Positions 20,223 to 29,648 of a DNA stretch of 64,000 nt are shown one piece after another. The position numbers and the translations under genes are program-made. Position 1 is the stretch's first letter; every line of letters starts with the position of its first letter. This stretch comes from Candidatus Berkelbacteria bacterium. Its GTDB lineage: Bacteria; Patescibacteriota; UBA1384; UBA12157. The DNA lies in the NCBI GenBank assembly GCA_037127955.1, contig JBAXXI010000002.1, forward strand, positions 8,377 through 72,376, read 5' to 3'. The notes beneath the pieces are model-generated. The model was not told where the DNA came from. It did no database searches and saw only the letters and a program-made list of their open reading frames with translations.

Positions 20223-21536
20223 TTAGCCATTCATTCTTTTAAGTAAAGCATCTTTGGCAATTTTGCGATCAGACCAAGGAATTTTGTGATCTCCGACCAC
20301 CATACACTCCTCGGCGCCTTTACCAGTAATTAAAACTATATCACCTTTATAAGCTAGGTTTACAGCTTTCTCAATAGCCGCTTTTCGATCCAGCATTTTA
20401 AAGAAATTTTCACCTTCAATTTTTGGTTTCTTTGGGTCAGCCCCACGCGGCACACCACCGGCTACTTCTTCGATAATTTTATTAGCATCTTCGGTATAAG
20501 GATCTTCGTTAGTCACGATCACGATATCGGCAAATTTACCGGCTAGTGCTCCAAGAATCGGCCGCTTAGTTTTATCGCGATCACCACAAGAACCTAAAAC
20601 CGAAATAATCCGCGCTTTTTTAGCCATAGTTAAGGTTTGATAAACTTTTTCCAAAGCATCTGGTGTGTGAGCATAATCAATCAAAACCGCAAAAGATTGG
20701 CCCAACTCCACTTTTTCCATACGTCCAGGCACAAGCTCTAATTCGTCTAAGGCACGCTTGGCCACATCTAAATGGATTTTTAAGGCGTAAGCCACCGAAA
20801 GAGCGGCTAGGGCATTATAAATGTTGAATTTGCCAGGAAGCTTTAAATCAATAGCAATTTGACTAGTTGGTGTCACCACGGTAAACATCGAGCCGGTCGA
20901 TTCTAGAATAATCTTCTTAGCCAAAATATCCGGTCGACCCTTACGACCACGCTCTGGGCTTTCTGTACCATAACTCAAGGTTGTTCGAGACGGCATTTTC
21001 TCCAAGTACTCAAAAGTGCGTTCGTCATCATGGTTGATAATATTAATAGTTTTGCCAGTATTAAAAAGCTGACCTTTAGTATTTCTGTATTCATCAAAAG
21101 TTTTGTGATAATCCAAATGATCGTGAGTCACGTTAGTCATGACAGCCACCTGATAATCAATCCCAAAATTACGATTTTGAGCAATCGCATGAGAAGTCGT
21201 TTCCACAATTACCCAGTGGCACCCCGCCTTAAGGCAGTCCGCTAAAAACTTCTGAAGAGCAAACGGCGAAACCGTAGTCATTTTACTGGTATTAACCCAT
21301 TCTTCCTTATCAATTTTAAAGTTAATAGTCGTGGCCATACCAACCCTATAATTCGCCTTTTCTAAAATTCTGGCGATCATGTTACAGGTCGTGGTTTTAC
21401 CATTTGTACCAGTCACACCAATAATTTTGAGCTTTCTTCCAGGATAGCCATAATAAGTCGCCGCCAAAATACCCCTGACTTTGTGGGTCCAGAGGATAAA
21501 ATTTGGGGAAACAAATTGTTTGAGAAACTGCTTCAT
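20223..21536 (-). CDS. murE: UDP-N-acetylmuramoyl-tripeptide synthetase (MurE family Mur ligase)
   Basis: GVTGTNGKTTT P-loop, DYAHTPDAL motif and a C-terminal TNEDPYTED segment (MurE DNPR-region equivalent). Confidence 0.82.
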   Translation of the reverse strand: MKQFLKQFVSPNFILWTHKVRGILAATYYGYPGRKLKIIGVTGTNGKTTTCNMIARILEKANYRVGMATTINFKIDKEEWVNTSKMTTVSPFALQKFLADCLKAGCHWVIVETTSHAIAQNRNFGIDYQVAVMTNVTHDHLDYHKTFDEYRNTKGQLFNTGKTINIINHDDERTFEYLEKMPSRTTLSYGTESPERGRKGRPDILAKKIILESTGSMFTVVTPTSQIAIDLKLPGKFNIYNALAALSVAYALKIHLDVAKRALDELELVPGRMEKVELGQSFAVLIDYAHTPDALEKVYQTLTMAKKARIISVLGSCGDRDKTKRPILGALAGKFADIVIVTNEDPYTEDANKIIEEVAGGVPRGADPKKPKIEGENFFKMLDRKAAIEKAVNLAYKGDIVLITGKGAEECMVVGDHKIPWSDRKIAKDALLKRMNG

Positions 21537-21538
21537 GA

Positions 21539-22465
21539 CTAATTTCGTCTTAATTTTTCAATAATTTTAAATAATAAATACCAACAAGATTTATGAACCA
21601 AATCGTAGCTACCAAATGTCTGATAACTTTTGCCACCAAATTGCTCCTTAAACCTTGTAATACCAGCATATTTGACAGCTAATTTTTTATCAACATTTTT
21701 ACCAAAGGGCGAAACCGCCAAAAGATCGTAATAAGAACAACTTTTTTCTTTGGCTAATTTAATCGCCTCCCAGTGCAACAGGTATGGCGCCATCACTTCT
21801 CTATGCTCTGATAAAGAAGCGCCATATAAATAGCTAGCGGTTTCAGAGTAAAACGTAAAAATACCAGCCGCTACTGGAACCTTATTATACCTGGCGATTA
21901 ACATTTCGGCAAGACCATCTTGGTTTAATATTTTAAATAATTTTTCAAAATAACTTTTCGGCCTCACTTGAAAGCCGTCCCGGCGAGCTGTTTGACAAAA
22001 AATCTTGTAAAAATCATCGATATTTTTACTTTCTTCGATCACCACTTCGTGCTTTTGCGCTACCTTAATATTGTAACGACCTTTTGGCTTCATTTGAGCC
22101 AAAATACTTTCCTGTGAACCAGTAATTTTCACGATTTGACGGTACTCTGGCTGAATTTCCTCGAATGATTTAATAAACCGATTTGTTTTTAGAATATTTT
22201 CGATTTTTTGATTGAAAACTGTATATTTTTGATTTAAAAAATCTAACCTTGTAAATATCGAGTGAGATTTAACAGAAATTTCTTTAATTTTTGGCAAAAA
22301 TTTTCGAAAATCGATTTGAAAAAAATCAACTTCTGGCGCATATAAAAATGACAAACCAAATGGCAACGGTTTTTCGAGTACCAAAATTTCATCCAGCCAG
22401 TGAATTTTCCAACCTTGGCTTTCTCTTAGCGCAGCCCACTCTTTTGTTTGAAGCAAACTTTTCAA
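21539..22465 (-). CDS. FemAB-family peptidoglycan interpeptide aminoacyl-transferase
   Basis: N-terminal LQTKEWAALRE… resembles FemABX. About 300 aa. Sits directly adjacent to murE. Confidence 0.6.
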   Translation of the reverse strand: MKSLLQTKEWAALRESQGWKIHWLDEILVLEKPLPFGLSFLYAPEVDFFQIDFRKFLPKIKEISVKSHSIFTRLDFLNQKYTVFNQKIENILKTNRFIKSFEEIQPEYRQIVKITGSQESILAQMKPKGRYNIKVAQKHEVVIEESKNIDDFYKIFCQTARRDGFQVRPKSYFEKLFKILNQDGLAEMLIARYNKVPVAAGIFTFYSETASYLYGASLSEHREVMAPYLLHWEAIKLAKEKSCSYYDLLAVSPFGKNVDKKLAVKYAGITRFKEQFGGKSYQTFGSYDLVHKSCWYLLFKIIEKLRRN

Positions 22466-22549
22466 AGCAATAATCCTTACTATTAAAGCTTAATACAACT
22501 TGATTATAACAAATTTTTCAGGTAAAATGTAGTGGATGAAAATTAAATA

Positions 22550-22582
22550 AGTTTAAAGTTGAAGGTAAAAAGTTTAAAGAAC
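22550..22582. repeat. half-element of AAGTTTA-type heptamer repeat immediately upstream of tsaD start
   Basis: AAGTTTAAAGTTGAAGGTAAAAAGTTTAAAGAAC. No clear matching right arm. Confidence 0.4.
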
Positions 22583-23770
22583 ATGGAAAAAAACAATATT
22601 AAAATACTGGCTATCGAGACTAGTTGTGACGAAACCGCCGCCGCTGTTGTTGAATCTAAAAATGGCGAAGTTAAAATATTGTCAAACATTGTTAATAGCC
22701 AGATTGATCTTCATAAAGTTTTTGGCGGTGTTTTTCCAGAAATTGCCTCTAAGACTCATGTTGAAAATATCATTCCAGTGATCGAAGAATCACTGGATAA
22801 ATCCGAAATCAGAATGTCAAAATCCGAAAAATTGAATGACATAGATGTAATTGCTGTAACTAGCGGACCAGGTTTGATTGGTTCACTTTTAGTGGGCACA
22901 AACACGGCTAAAACCCTGGCTTTTACCAAAAGCAAGCCGATTTTACCGATTAATCATTGGCTAGGTCACATATACTCCACTTTCAGTGGAGAATTTCCAG
23001 TTTCCAGTTTCCAGTTTCCAAATAAATTATCTAATGAAGAAAAATCCAAAACTGAAAACTGTGAACTGAAAACTGAGAACTTGCCCCAATTCCCTCTTCT
23101 CGCTTTAATTGTTTCAGGTGGCCACACCGGTTTAGTGATTATGAAGAGCCACACCGAGTACGAAACTATCGGCCAAACCCTCGATGATGCCGCCGGCGAA
23201 GCTTTTGACAAGGTGGCCAAACTGCTCGAACTTGGCTACCCAGGTGGACCAGCGATTTCAGCCGCCGCTGAAAAGTTCACAGTTTACAGTTCACAGTTTA
23301 CATATAAAATAATTCCAAATATTAAATTTCCGCGGCCCATGATACATTCAGGGGACTTTAATTTTAGTTTTTCCGGACTTAAAACATCGGTACTGAATAA
23401 GGTTAGAGAACTTGCTCAAACATACACTTTAGATGAAATTAAAAATCAAATTGCTTACGAATTTCAACAAGCCATTATCGATACTTTAATTACTAAAACT
23501 TTAGAAGCTGCCAATGAATACAAAATCAAATCAATTTGTCTGTGCGGTGGCGTTTCGGCTAATAAGGAACTCCGAGACCAGTTGGCTTCCGCACTTGAGA
23601 ACTGGAAATTGGAAACTGGAAACTCTGAATTATCTCTTTTTGTTCCCCCGATGCACTTGACTGGCGACAACGCTGCCATGATCGGTATCGCCGCCGCTTA
23701 CCAACTCGCCAACGGTGTCGAACCAACGACTTTTGATCAGGTTAACGCGAACTCAAATTTAAAGTTATAA
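22583..23770 (+). CDS. tsaD: tRNA N6-adenosine threonylcarbamoyltransferase TsaD (Kae1/YgjD), carrying three in-frame repeat-derived insertions
   Basis: ILAIETSCDETAAAV, SGPGLIGSLLVG, HWLGHIYS, VSGGHTGL, DDAAGEAFDK and GGVSANKELR motifs. The protein is about 60 aa longer than typical TsaD. The extra segments are encoded by heptamer-repeat elements. Confidence 0.9.
   Translation: MEKNNIKILAIETSCDETAAAVVESKNGEVKILSNIVNSQIDLHKVFGGVFPEIASKTHVENIIPVIEESLDKSEIRMSKSEKLNDIDVIAVTSGPGLIGSLLVGTNTAKTLAFTKSKPILPINHWLGHIYSTFSGEFPVSSFQFPNKLSNEEKSKTENCELKTENLPQFPLLALIVSGGHTGLVIMKSHTEYETIGQTLDDAAGEAFDKVAKLLELGYPGGPAISAAAEKFTVYSSQFTYKIIPNIKFPRPMIHSGDFNFSFSGLKTSVLNKVRELAQTYTLDEIKNQIAYEFQQAIIDTLITKTLEAANEYKIKSICLCGGVSANKELRDQLASALENWKLETGNSELSLFVPPMHLTGDNAAMIGIAAAYQLANGVEPTTFDQVNANSNLKL
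22994..23080. repeat. heptamer-tandem palindromic element (GTTTCCA type) inserted in frame inside tsaD
   Basis: TTTCCAGTTTCCAGTTTCCAGTTTCCA-AATAAATTATCTAATGAAGAAAAATCC-AAAACTGAAAACTGTGAACTGAAAACTGAGAAC. 87 bp. Encodes FPVSSFQFPNKLSNEEKSKTENCELKTEN, which typical TsaD lacks. Confidence 0.75.
23275..23303. repeat. partial GTTCACA-type heptamer repeat inside tsaD (in frame)
   Basis: GTTCACAGTTTACAGTTCACAGTTTACA encodes …FTVYSSQFTY…, an 11-aa insertion relative to the E. coli TsaD alignment I did by eye. Confidence 0.55.
23596..23626. repeat. partial GAGAACT/GGAAACT-type heptamer repeat inside tsaD (in frame)
   Basis: GAGAACTGGAAATTGGAAACTGGAAACTCTG encodes …ENWKLETGNSE…. Confidence 0.55.
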
Positions 23771-23884
23771 CACTCACATGTCCTCCCCTCCTTTTCGAGG
23801 AGGGGCGTAAGGGTGGTTTTAATAATATAAAATTAATTAATTTTTTATATAAGAAAAGCGCCTACTTTTCAGTAGGCGCTTCTA

Positions 23885-24223
23885 TTATTTTTCGTCCATC
23901 GTCCTTACGTCTCGGTGTTCATTGCATGATGTATACTTCCATTTACAACCACATTCCTTACAACATGCTATTCTATACTCCTCCCACGAATACCTATCAT
24001 GCGTAACCCCGCGTGAACAAATCTCGCTTGTTTTAAGTAAATCTGATAAAGAATAATTACCAGCCACTTTACACTTTGGACAAATTTCATTTTGTTCGTA
24101 AAAAGTCTTTTTTTCAAACTTTTTAACTGCAGAAAGATTCAAACCGCATTCATCACAAATACGCAACCTACCTTCAGGAATTTTAGTCCCGCATTCTGGA
24201 CATACGAAAGCTTCATATGGCAT
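23885..24223 (-). CDS. Cys-rich zinc-ribbon hypothetical protein (112 aa)
   Basis: Multiple CxxC pairs. Strong RBS (AAGGGGGTGG) preceded by an A8 tract. Confidence 0.5.
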   Translation of the reverse strand: MPYEAFVCPECGTKIPEGRLRICDECGLNLSAVKKFEKKTFYEQNEICPKCKVAGNYSLSDLLKTSEICSRGVTHDRYSWEEYRIACCKECGCKWKYTSCNEHRDVRTMDEK

Positions 24224-24305
24224 ATTTCCACCCCCTTTTTTTTGAATTTAAAGTACTGTATATAGCCTAATACATTTTTTAAGGTTTGTCAAGGAGTAAC
24301 AATTA

Positions 24306-24330
24306 AAAAAGCCCGGAAAAACCGGGCTAG
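24306..24330 (-). terminator. rho-independent terminator on minus strand, 270 bp downstream of the nearest minus-strand stop codon
   Basis: On the minus strand: GCCCGG-TTTTT-CCGGGC followed by T6. A second terminator (ATCCGG…CCGGAT plus T6) sits at 24566-24600 directly after the 24604 gene. Confidence 0.55.
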
Positions 24331-24603
24331 CCCTGAGGAGTTGGATATGGTACCAAGCGTTATTTGGCAAATATTTATATTGGGGAGAAACAGTTGGCAA
24401 GACCCAAACATGTCTCCTCCTGAGGCATGAATAAATATTTGTATTTAGAAAGCTGCAAAAATTTCTGAGCGGCGACCGAACTTATCAGATCGCGGCGGCA
24501 AAACATTTACTGCAAACAAATAACGCTTAAGGCGATAATAACAAACCATTATTTAAAATACAAGCTTTTAAAAAATCCGGCAGAAAACTACCGGATAAAT
24601 GAT

Positions 24604-25041
24604 TTAGATTAAAGGTGAATAAGGTTCAGCATAATCTTTATTCACAATTTGCGTATAAAGATCTGTTTTGCATTTTTGTACATGTAGTGGTTCAACCACA
24701 AGCAGCGAGTCTGTCGCCCATTTTTCCAACTCTTTTTCGTTAGGCCGACGAATCAGAACCAAATGATGACAATCTTTCAACAACTCCATGTCAACATCTT
24801 GCGATTGGTGATTTTCGTGTTGAAAACCTAAAACTAAAACATTGGTACCAGGATGATGTTCAACAGGTTCGTGATCCTGAGCCTGAGAGATACCCAGAAT
24901 TTGTAAGGCCTTAACTTCACCATTATGGTTTAGGTAAAAGTCCAGCTCTGGGCAGGGACAACTTCCACAGGGGAAAATTGGCCATTCAGCCTTATTCAGC
25001 GCGCTGAGAATCGCCAATCTTTGTGTACGTGGCATACTCAC
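24604..25041 (-). CDS. His-rich hypothetical protein (145 aa)
   Basis: ORF with a terminator hairpin immediately after the stop codon. No family recognised. Confidence 0.4.
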   Translation of the reverse strand: MSMPRTQRLAILSALNKAEWPIFPCGSCPCPELDFYLNHNGEVKALQILGISQAQDHEPVEHHPGTNVLVLGFQHENHQSQDVDMELLKDCHHLVLIRRPNEKELEKWATDSLLVVEPLHVQKCKTDLYTQIVNKDYAEPYSPLI

Positions 25042-25215
25042 ATTTCTACCTCCTCTGAGTTACTGATTTTCAAGTGATTAATCAGAATAATAGACCATTT
25101 TTCGCCAAAAGTCAAGCCCCATACCCAAAATTTCAGCATGAGGATTATGTCTCTGGTCAAGGTTCAAAAAATTTGATAGAATAAAATCAATATTTAATCA
25201 CTTCAAAGGAATAAT

Positions 25216-27336
25216 ATGAAGGAACTAGCAAAAAACTACAATCCGAAAGAAACTGAAGATAAAATTTACGCGCTTTGGGAAAAAGCCGAGGCTTTTAAAC
25301 CTGTTATTGATAATCCGTCAGCTGATGGACAAAAACCTTTTGTAGTAGTTATTCCGCCACCGAATGTCACTGGCTCCCTTCATATGGGCCATGCTCTCAA
25401 TAATACGATTCAAGATATATTAATCCGCCGTTCGCGCATGCGCGGCGTGCCAACTTTATGGATCCCTGGCACTGATCATGCTGGTATCGCCACTCAAAAT
25501 GTGGTGGAGAAAAAATTAGCCAAAGAAGGCACTTCTCGTCACGAATTAGGTCGTGAAGAATTTACCAAAGAAATTTGGACCTGGGTTGACCAATACGGCA
25601 ACACCATTATCAATCAGTTAAAGAGTATGGGTTGTTCTTGCGACTGGTCGCGTCAGCGTTTTACCATGGACGAGGGTTACGCTGAAGCCGTCAAAGCCAC
25701 CTTTATTCGTTACTATGAAAAAGGTTGGATTTACCGCGGTGAACGCGTGGTCAACTGGTGTACTCGCTGCCAAACATCGCTTTCAGATATCGAGGTTGAA
25801 TACAAAGAAGAAAAAGGTAAATTATACTGGATTAAATATGGGCCTTTCACTTTAGCCACCACCAGACCAGAAACTAAACTGGGTGACACGGCCGTTGCAG
25901 TTCACCCAGACGACAAGAGATATAAAGATATGGTTGGCAAAACATATACGATTAAAGGCGTAAATGGTGATTTTGATGTGATTGTTATTGCTGATAGATA
26001 TGTTGACCCAAATTTTGGTACTGGCGCCGTAAAAGTAACCCCAGCTCACGATTTCTCTGATTATGAAGCATCTCTCAGACACAATGTGCCGATGAAACAA
26101 ATTATCGATAAATACGGTAAAATGATGGACAACTGCGGTAAATACGCTGGCATGAAGACCGCTGAAGCTCGCGAAGCTATTGTCGAAGATATGCAAAAAA
26201 TGGGCTTAATTGACCATATCGATGAAGATTACATCCATAATGTCGGAACCTGTTATCGTTGTGGTAAAATCATCGAGCCACAACCAAGTAAACAATGGTT
26301 TGTCAAAATGGACGAACTAGCTAAACCGGCTATCGAAGCGGTTAAGAGTGGTGCTATCAAATTTACCCCAGAGCGCTGGAGTAAAGTGTATTTAGATTGG
26401 ATGGAAAACCTGCGCGACTGGTGTATTTCTCGTCAAATCTGGTGGGGCCACCAAATCCCAGCCTGGGAAAAAGGCGACGAAATTTATGTCGGTGATAATC
26501 CGCCAGAAGGTTTTACCAGGTCGGAAGATGTTTTAGATACTTGGTTTAGCTCCGCCCTTTGGCCATTTGCCACCCTTGGCTGGCCTAGCAAAACCGAAGA
26601 TTTAAAGCATTTCTACCCTACCAGTGTGCTTTCAACAGCCCGCGATATCCTCTATCTTTGGGTTGCCCGCATGATTTTCTCTGGGTACGAATTTACTGGC
26701 GAAAAACCATTTTCCGAAGTTTATATTCACCCAACCGTTTTCAATAAAGAAGGTAAACGCATGTCCAAATCACTTGGTACCGGCGTTGATCCGCTACTTT
26801 TAATTGACCAGTACGGCGCCGACGCCATGCGTTTCGGTTTAAGTTATATTAATACCGGTGTCCAAGATTTGAAGTTCGACGAGGAAGCGATCAAAGCTGG
26901 TGGTAAATTTGCCAATAAACTCTGGAATATCTCTCGTTTTCTTACCTGGAAATTAGAAAACGAAAATCCAAAATCAGAAATCAAAATTACAAATGAAACA
27001 CCAGAACCTAAATCCGAAGCCGACAAAATCATATTAACTAAATTAAACGAAGTTATTTCTTTAGTCGATAAAGACTTAGATGAGTTCAAATTTGGCCAAG
27101 CCGCTCACGAACTCTACGATTTTGTTTGGCACGATTTAGCCGATGTCTATATCGAAGAAAGTAAAAAAGAACTAAATTTACCAGTTTTGCAGCACATTAT
27201 TACCTCTTCGATTAAACTTCTACACCCAATTATGCCTTTTGTAACTGAAGAAATCTGGCAAAACTTGTACGAAAACAAAATAGTTGATGAAAAATTATTG
27301 ATTAAAGCCAAATGGCCAAATGCTAAAAGCGTTTAA
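25216..27336 (+). CDS. valS: valine--tRNA ligase (short form lacking C-terminal coiled-coil)
   Basis: PPPNVTGSLHMGHAL (HIGH) and KMSKSLGTGVDP (KMSKS) motifs; editing-domain sequence present; 706 aa. Confidence 0.93.
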   Translation: MKELAKNYNPKETEDKIYALWEKAEAFKPVIDNPSADGQKPFVVVIPPPNVTGSLHMGHALNNTIQDILIRRSRMRGVPTLWIPGTDHAGIATQNVVEKKLAKEGTSRHELGREEFTKEIWTWVDQYGNTIINQLKSMGCSCDWSRQRFTMDEGYAEAVKATFIRYYEKGWIYRGERVVNWCTRCQTSLSDIEVEYKEEKGKLYWIKYGPFTLATTRPETKLGDTAVAVHPDDKRYKDMVGKTYTIKGVNGDFDVIVIADRYVDPNFGTGAVKVTPAHDFSDYEASLRHNVPMKQIIDKYGKMMDNCGKYAGMKTAEAREAIVEDMQKMGLIDHIDEDYIHNVGTCYRCGKIIEPQPSKQWFVKMDELAKPAIEAVKSGAIKFTPERWSKVYLDWMENLRDWCISRQIWWGHQIPAWEKGDEIYVGDNPPEGFTRSEDVLDTWFSSALWPFATLGWPSKTEDLKHFYPTSVLSTARDILYLWVARMIFSGYEFTGEKPFSEVYIHPTVFNKEGKRMSKSLGTGVDPLLLIDQYGADAMRFGLSYINTGVQDLKFDEEAIKAGGKFANKLWNISRFLTWKLENENPKSEIKITNETPEPKSEADKIILTKLNEVISLVDKDLDEFKFGQAAHELYDFVWHDLADVYIEESKKELNLPVLQHIITSSIKLLHPIMPFVTEEIWQNLYENKIVDEKLLIKAKWPNAKSV

Positions 27337-27795
27337 ATCCGAAATCCGAATTCTAAATTTCAAATAAAAGGCGAAAATGTCAAATGATGAAACCAAATTT
27401 GACTTAGAAGAAAGAACCGCTAAATTCGGTGAGGATGTTATAAATTTCGTTAAAACGATACATTTAAACGAAATCAATCGCCCATTGATCAGTCAATTAA
27501 TCAGATCTGCAACAAGCGTAGGCGCCAATTACTGTGAAGCAGATTGCGCAGAAACAAAAAAGGATTTCGAGCATAAGCTTGGAATATGTCGTAAAGAATC
27601 AAAAGAAACCAAACACTGGTTGAGAATGATGGCGACAGCCCAACCAGATTTAAAAGAAAATCTACGATCAATATGGAAAGAGTCCAACGAATTAAATTTA
27701 ATCTTCTCTTCAATAATTCGTAAATCTAGAAATAAATTGTAGAATTGGAAATTTAATATTTTATTCGACATTCGAGTTTCGTCATTCTGATTTAT
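27335..27795. mobile_element. Long copy B of the TIR repeat, carrying the four-helix-bundle (Avd/IVS-protein-like) gene
   Basis: Left end AAATCCGAAATCCGAATTCTAAATTTCAAATAAAA overlaps the valS stop codon. Right end AATTGGAAATTTAATATTTTATTCGACATTCGAGTTTCGTCATTCTGATTT. The ORF 27377..27742 lies between them. Confidence 0.7.
27377..27742 (+). CDS. four-helix-bundle protein (23S rRNA intervening-sequence protein / Avd-like family)
   Basis: LISQLIRSATSVGANYCEA and KKDFEHKLGICRKESKETKHWLRMM match the family signature; 121 aa. Located inside a TIR-bounded repeat. Confidence 0.8.
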   Translation: MSNDETKFDLEERTAKFGEDVINFVKTIHLNEINRPLISQLIRSATSVGANYCEADCAETKKDFEHKLGICRKESKETKHWLRMMATAQPDLKENLRSIWKESNELNLIFSSIIRKSRNKL

Positions 27796-27811
27796 AGAAC
27801 ATATCATTAAT

Positions 27812-28285
27812 ATGAATCACAAAACCACTATCATAATTATTCTTCTTGTAATCAGTTTACTGGCCTCTCTTTTAATTCTAAAAATCACTTATCAACAGAA
27901 AATTGACAAAATAAATCAAGAAAAACAATTAATGATTACTGGTTATACTGAAGAAATCAAGAATGAAACTAACCCCAATATCCTAATCGAAAGTGGTTTG
28001 AAACAGCTTGAAAATGGTCAACCAGAATTAGCCATGATTAGCCTGAAAAAAGCCGTAACTGTTGAACCAAATTTCCGAGACGGATGGTTAACCTTAGGTT
28101 TGGCTCAATACACTCAAAAAGATTATCAAGCCGCTCTTACCTCTTTTCTAGCGGCAGAGAAAATTGACCCGATCAATGCCCAAACCTATCACTTTCTTAA
28201 TCTAACCTACACTAAACTCAAACAAAAAGATTTAGCTCTCATTGCCCAGGAAAAATTCGTTTTTCTAAACAAAAACCAGAAATAA
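27812..28285 (+). CDS. TPR-repeat protein with N-terminal membrane anchor
   Basis: N-terminal TM followed by 34-residue TPR-like repeats (…AMISLKKAVTVEPNFRDGWLTLGLAQYTQKDYQAALTSFLAAEKIDP…). Confidence 0.65.
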   Translation: MNHKTTIIIILLVISLLASLLILKITYQQKIDKINQEKQLMITGYTEEIKNETNPNILIESGLKQLENGQPELAMISLKKAVTVEPNFRDGWLTLGLAQYTQKDYQAALTSFLAAEKIDPINAQTYHFLNLTYTKLKQKDLALIAQEKFVFLNKNQK

Positions 28286-28370
28286 CCCCGAACTTCACAT
28301 GCTATGCGAAACAAGCTTTTGTGTGATACAATATTAATAATCATTTATTGATTTATTGTCTGGAGGGGTT

Positions 28371-29639
28371 ATGAACTATTTGAAAAAATTAAATATAAAA
28401 ATTTTATATTATTTTATTTCGATTTTATTTTTATCAAGCGTTTTTACTCCTATTTCAAACATTAGAGCTCAGGTTCCATCAGCTGAAGGAATCTGTTGGA
28501 GTTGGTCAGGTATGCCAAATAATAGTCCTCAAGTTTCCATTAATAACTCTGATGGAACTCCTGTTTGTGGTACAAACTGGAAAAATGCAACTTCGAAGCC
28601 AACGGTTACCTCGCCATCAAGCGGGAGCACAACAACAACCAAACCCAGCACGACAACCACAACAAAATCAACCAGTCCTGCCAATAACTCTGGGGCCGTT
28701 CAAAACGTTAAAGCTTCACCATCAATCAATAATAATGTTTGCAAAGTCGTTCTTTCTTGGAAAAAACCTGCTAAAACTAACACTTCTTTTGCCCCTGCTA
28801 GTCCAGCTGACAATGTTAAATATGACGTTTCGGTTTTTGCTTTTTCTGGCGCAGTCAGCCTTAGTCCGCCTAATAATATTCAAGTTGTTGACTACAATAC
28901 CACTTCACTCACCTTTAATAATATAAAATGCGGTTTAACCTATAAGTACTATATTGTTACGAAAAGCCGCAATCCAAATACGACAGTATTTCAAATTGAA
29001 GATGGTAGGGCAAGTGGTCAATTTGCTGCTCCTATTGGGACAGCTGCTACCGCCTTTCCACCAGATGGAGCCATTATTGATTCACGTCAGAATGAAACCA
29101 CTAAAACTTATACGGGCACATTGCAATGGCGCGAACCGATCAACAAACCTGCTGGGAAAACGGGCAATGACCTTAAATACCGCTACACTCTAACAAAAAA
29201 AGGTGTAGCCAGTAGTCCGGTTACTGTTAACAAACCTCAAAGTGGTATCCCGGTTTTTACTAATATTAAATGCACAAACGAAGACTCAAGCGGTTGCGGC
29301 CAATACAAAGCTCTTATCGAAACCATGTTGGATGGCCAACCAATTGGCTCGCACACATCAGTCGTTACAATAGCCAAAGATGGACAAGCCGTCTCTCAAG
29401 CCGATAGTAATGGCCAAACCTTACTGGATATTGATAATTATGGTTCAGCTGATCAAAATGGAAATGCTGGTGAAAATGCTGCCTGCGGTAATGTTTGTGA
29501 ATCTAATGTATGGGGATGGTTTAATCCGGTCCAAGAAATAAAACATGTTATTTGCCAAATTCAATGCACAATTTTAGATTTTATTGCCGGAGCATTGGGC
29601 CAAGCATTTACTACAATTCTGCTACCAAATCTTTTATAA
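28371..29639 (+). CDS. secreted Thr-rich surface protein (possible FN3/Ig-like domains)
   Basis: ATG at 28371 lies after GGAGGGG. Signal peptide, then a TTTTKPSTTTTTKST linker. Hydrophobic C-terminus. Confidence 0.55.
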   Translation: MNYLKKLNIKILYYFISILFLSSVFTPISNIRAQVPSAEGICWSWSGMPNNSPQVSINNSDGTPVCGTNWKNATSKPTVTSPSSGSTTTTKPSTTTTTKSTSPANNSGAVQNVKASPSINNNVCKVVLSWKKPAKTNTSFAPASPADNVKYDVSVFAFSGAVSLSPPNNIQVVDYNTTSLTFNNIKCGLTYKYYIVTKSRNPNTTVFQIEDGRASGQFAAPIGTAATAFPPDGAIIDSRQNETTKTYTGTLQWREPINKPAGKTGNDLKYRYTLTKKGVASSPVTVNKPQSGIPVFTNIKCTNEDSSGCGQYKALIETMLDGQPIGSHTSVVTIAKDGQAVSQADSNGQTLLDIDNYGSADQNGNAGENAACGNVCESNVWGWFNPVQEIKHVICQIQCTILDFIAGALGQAFTTILLPNLL

Positions 29640-29648
29640 GAAATAAAA

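Noticed and set aside
22994-23080. Heptamer tandem repeats as a CRISPR array
   Set aside because: Repeats are 7-nt units in palindromic arms with an AT loop, not 25-40-nt direct repeats separated by unique spacers. No cas genes present.
24330-24411. 40-codon minus-strand micro-ORF as a confident CDS
   Set aside because: Its 3' end is the terminator hairpin itself, so it is reported only as a possibility in findings.
25042-25215. Possible T-box leader upstream of valS
   Set aside because: No AANNNGGGTGGNACCGCG T-box sequence or specifier/antiterminator arrangement was found by eye.
28552-29193. Alternate-frame ORFs inside the Thr-rich secreted-protein gene
   Set aside because: Low-complexity Gln/Leu-rich translations of the ACN-rich coding repeat; no RBS.
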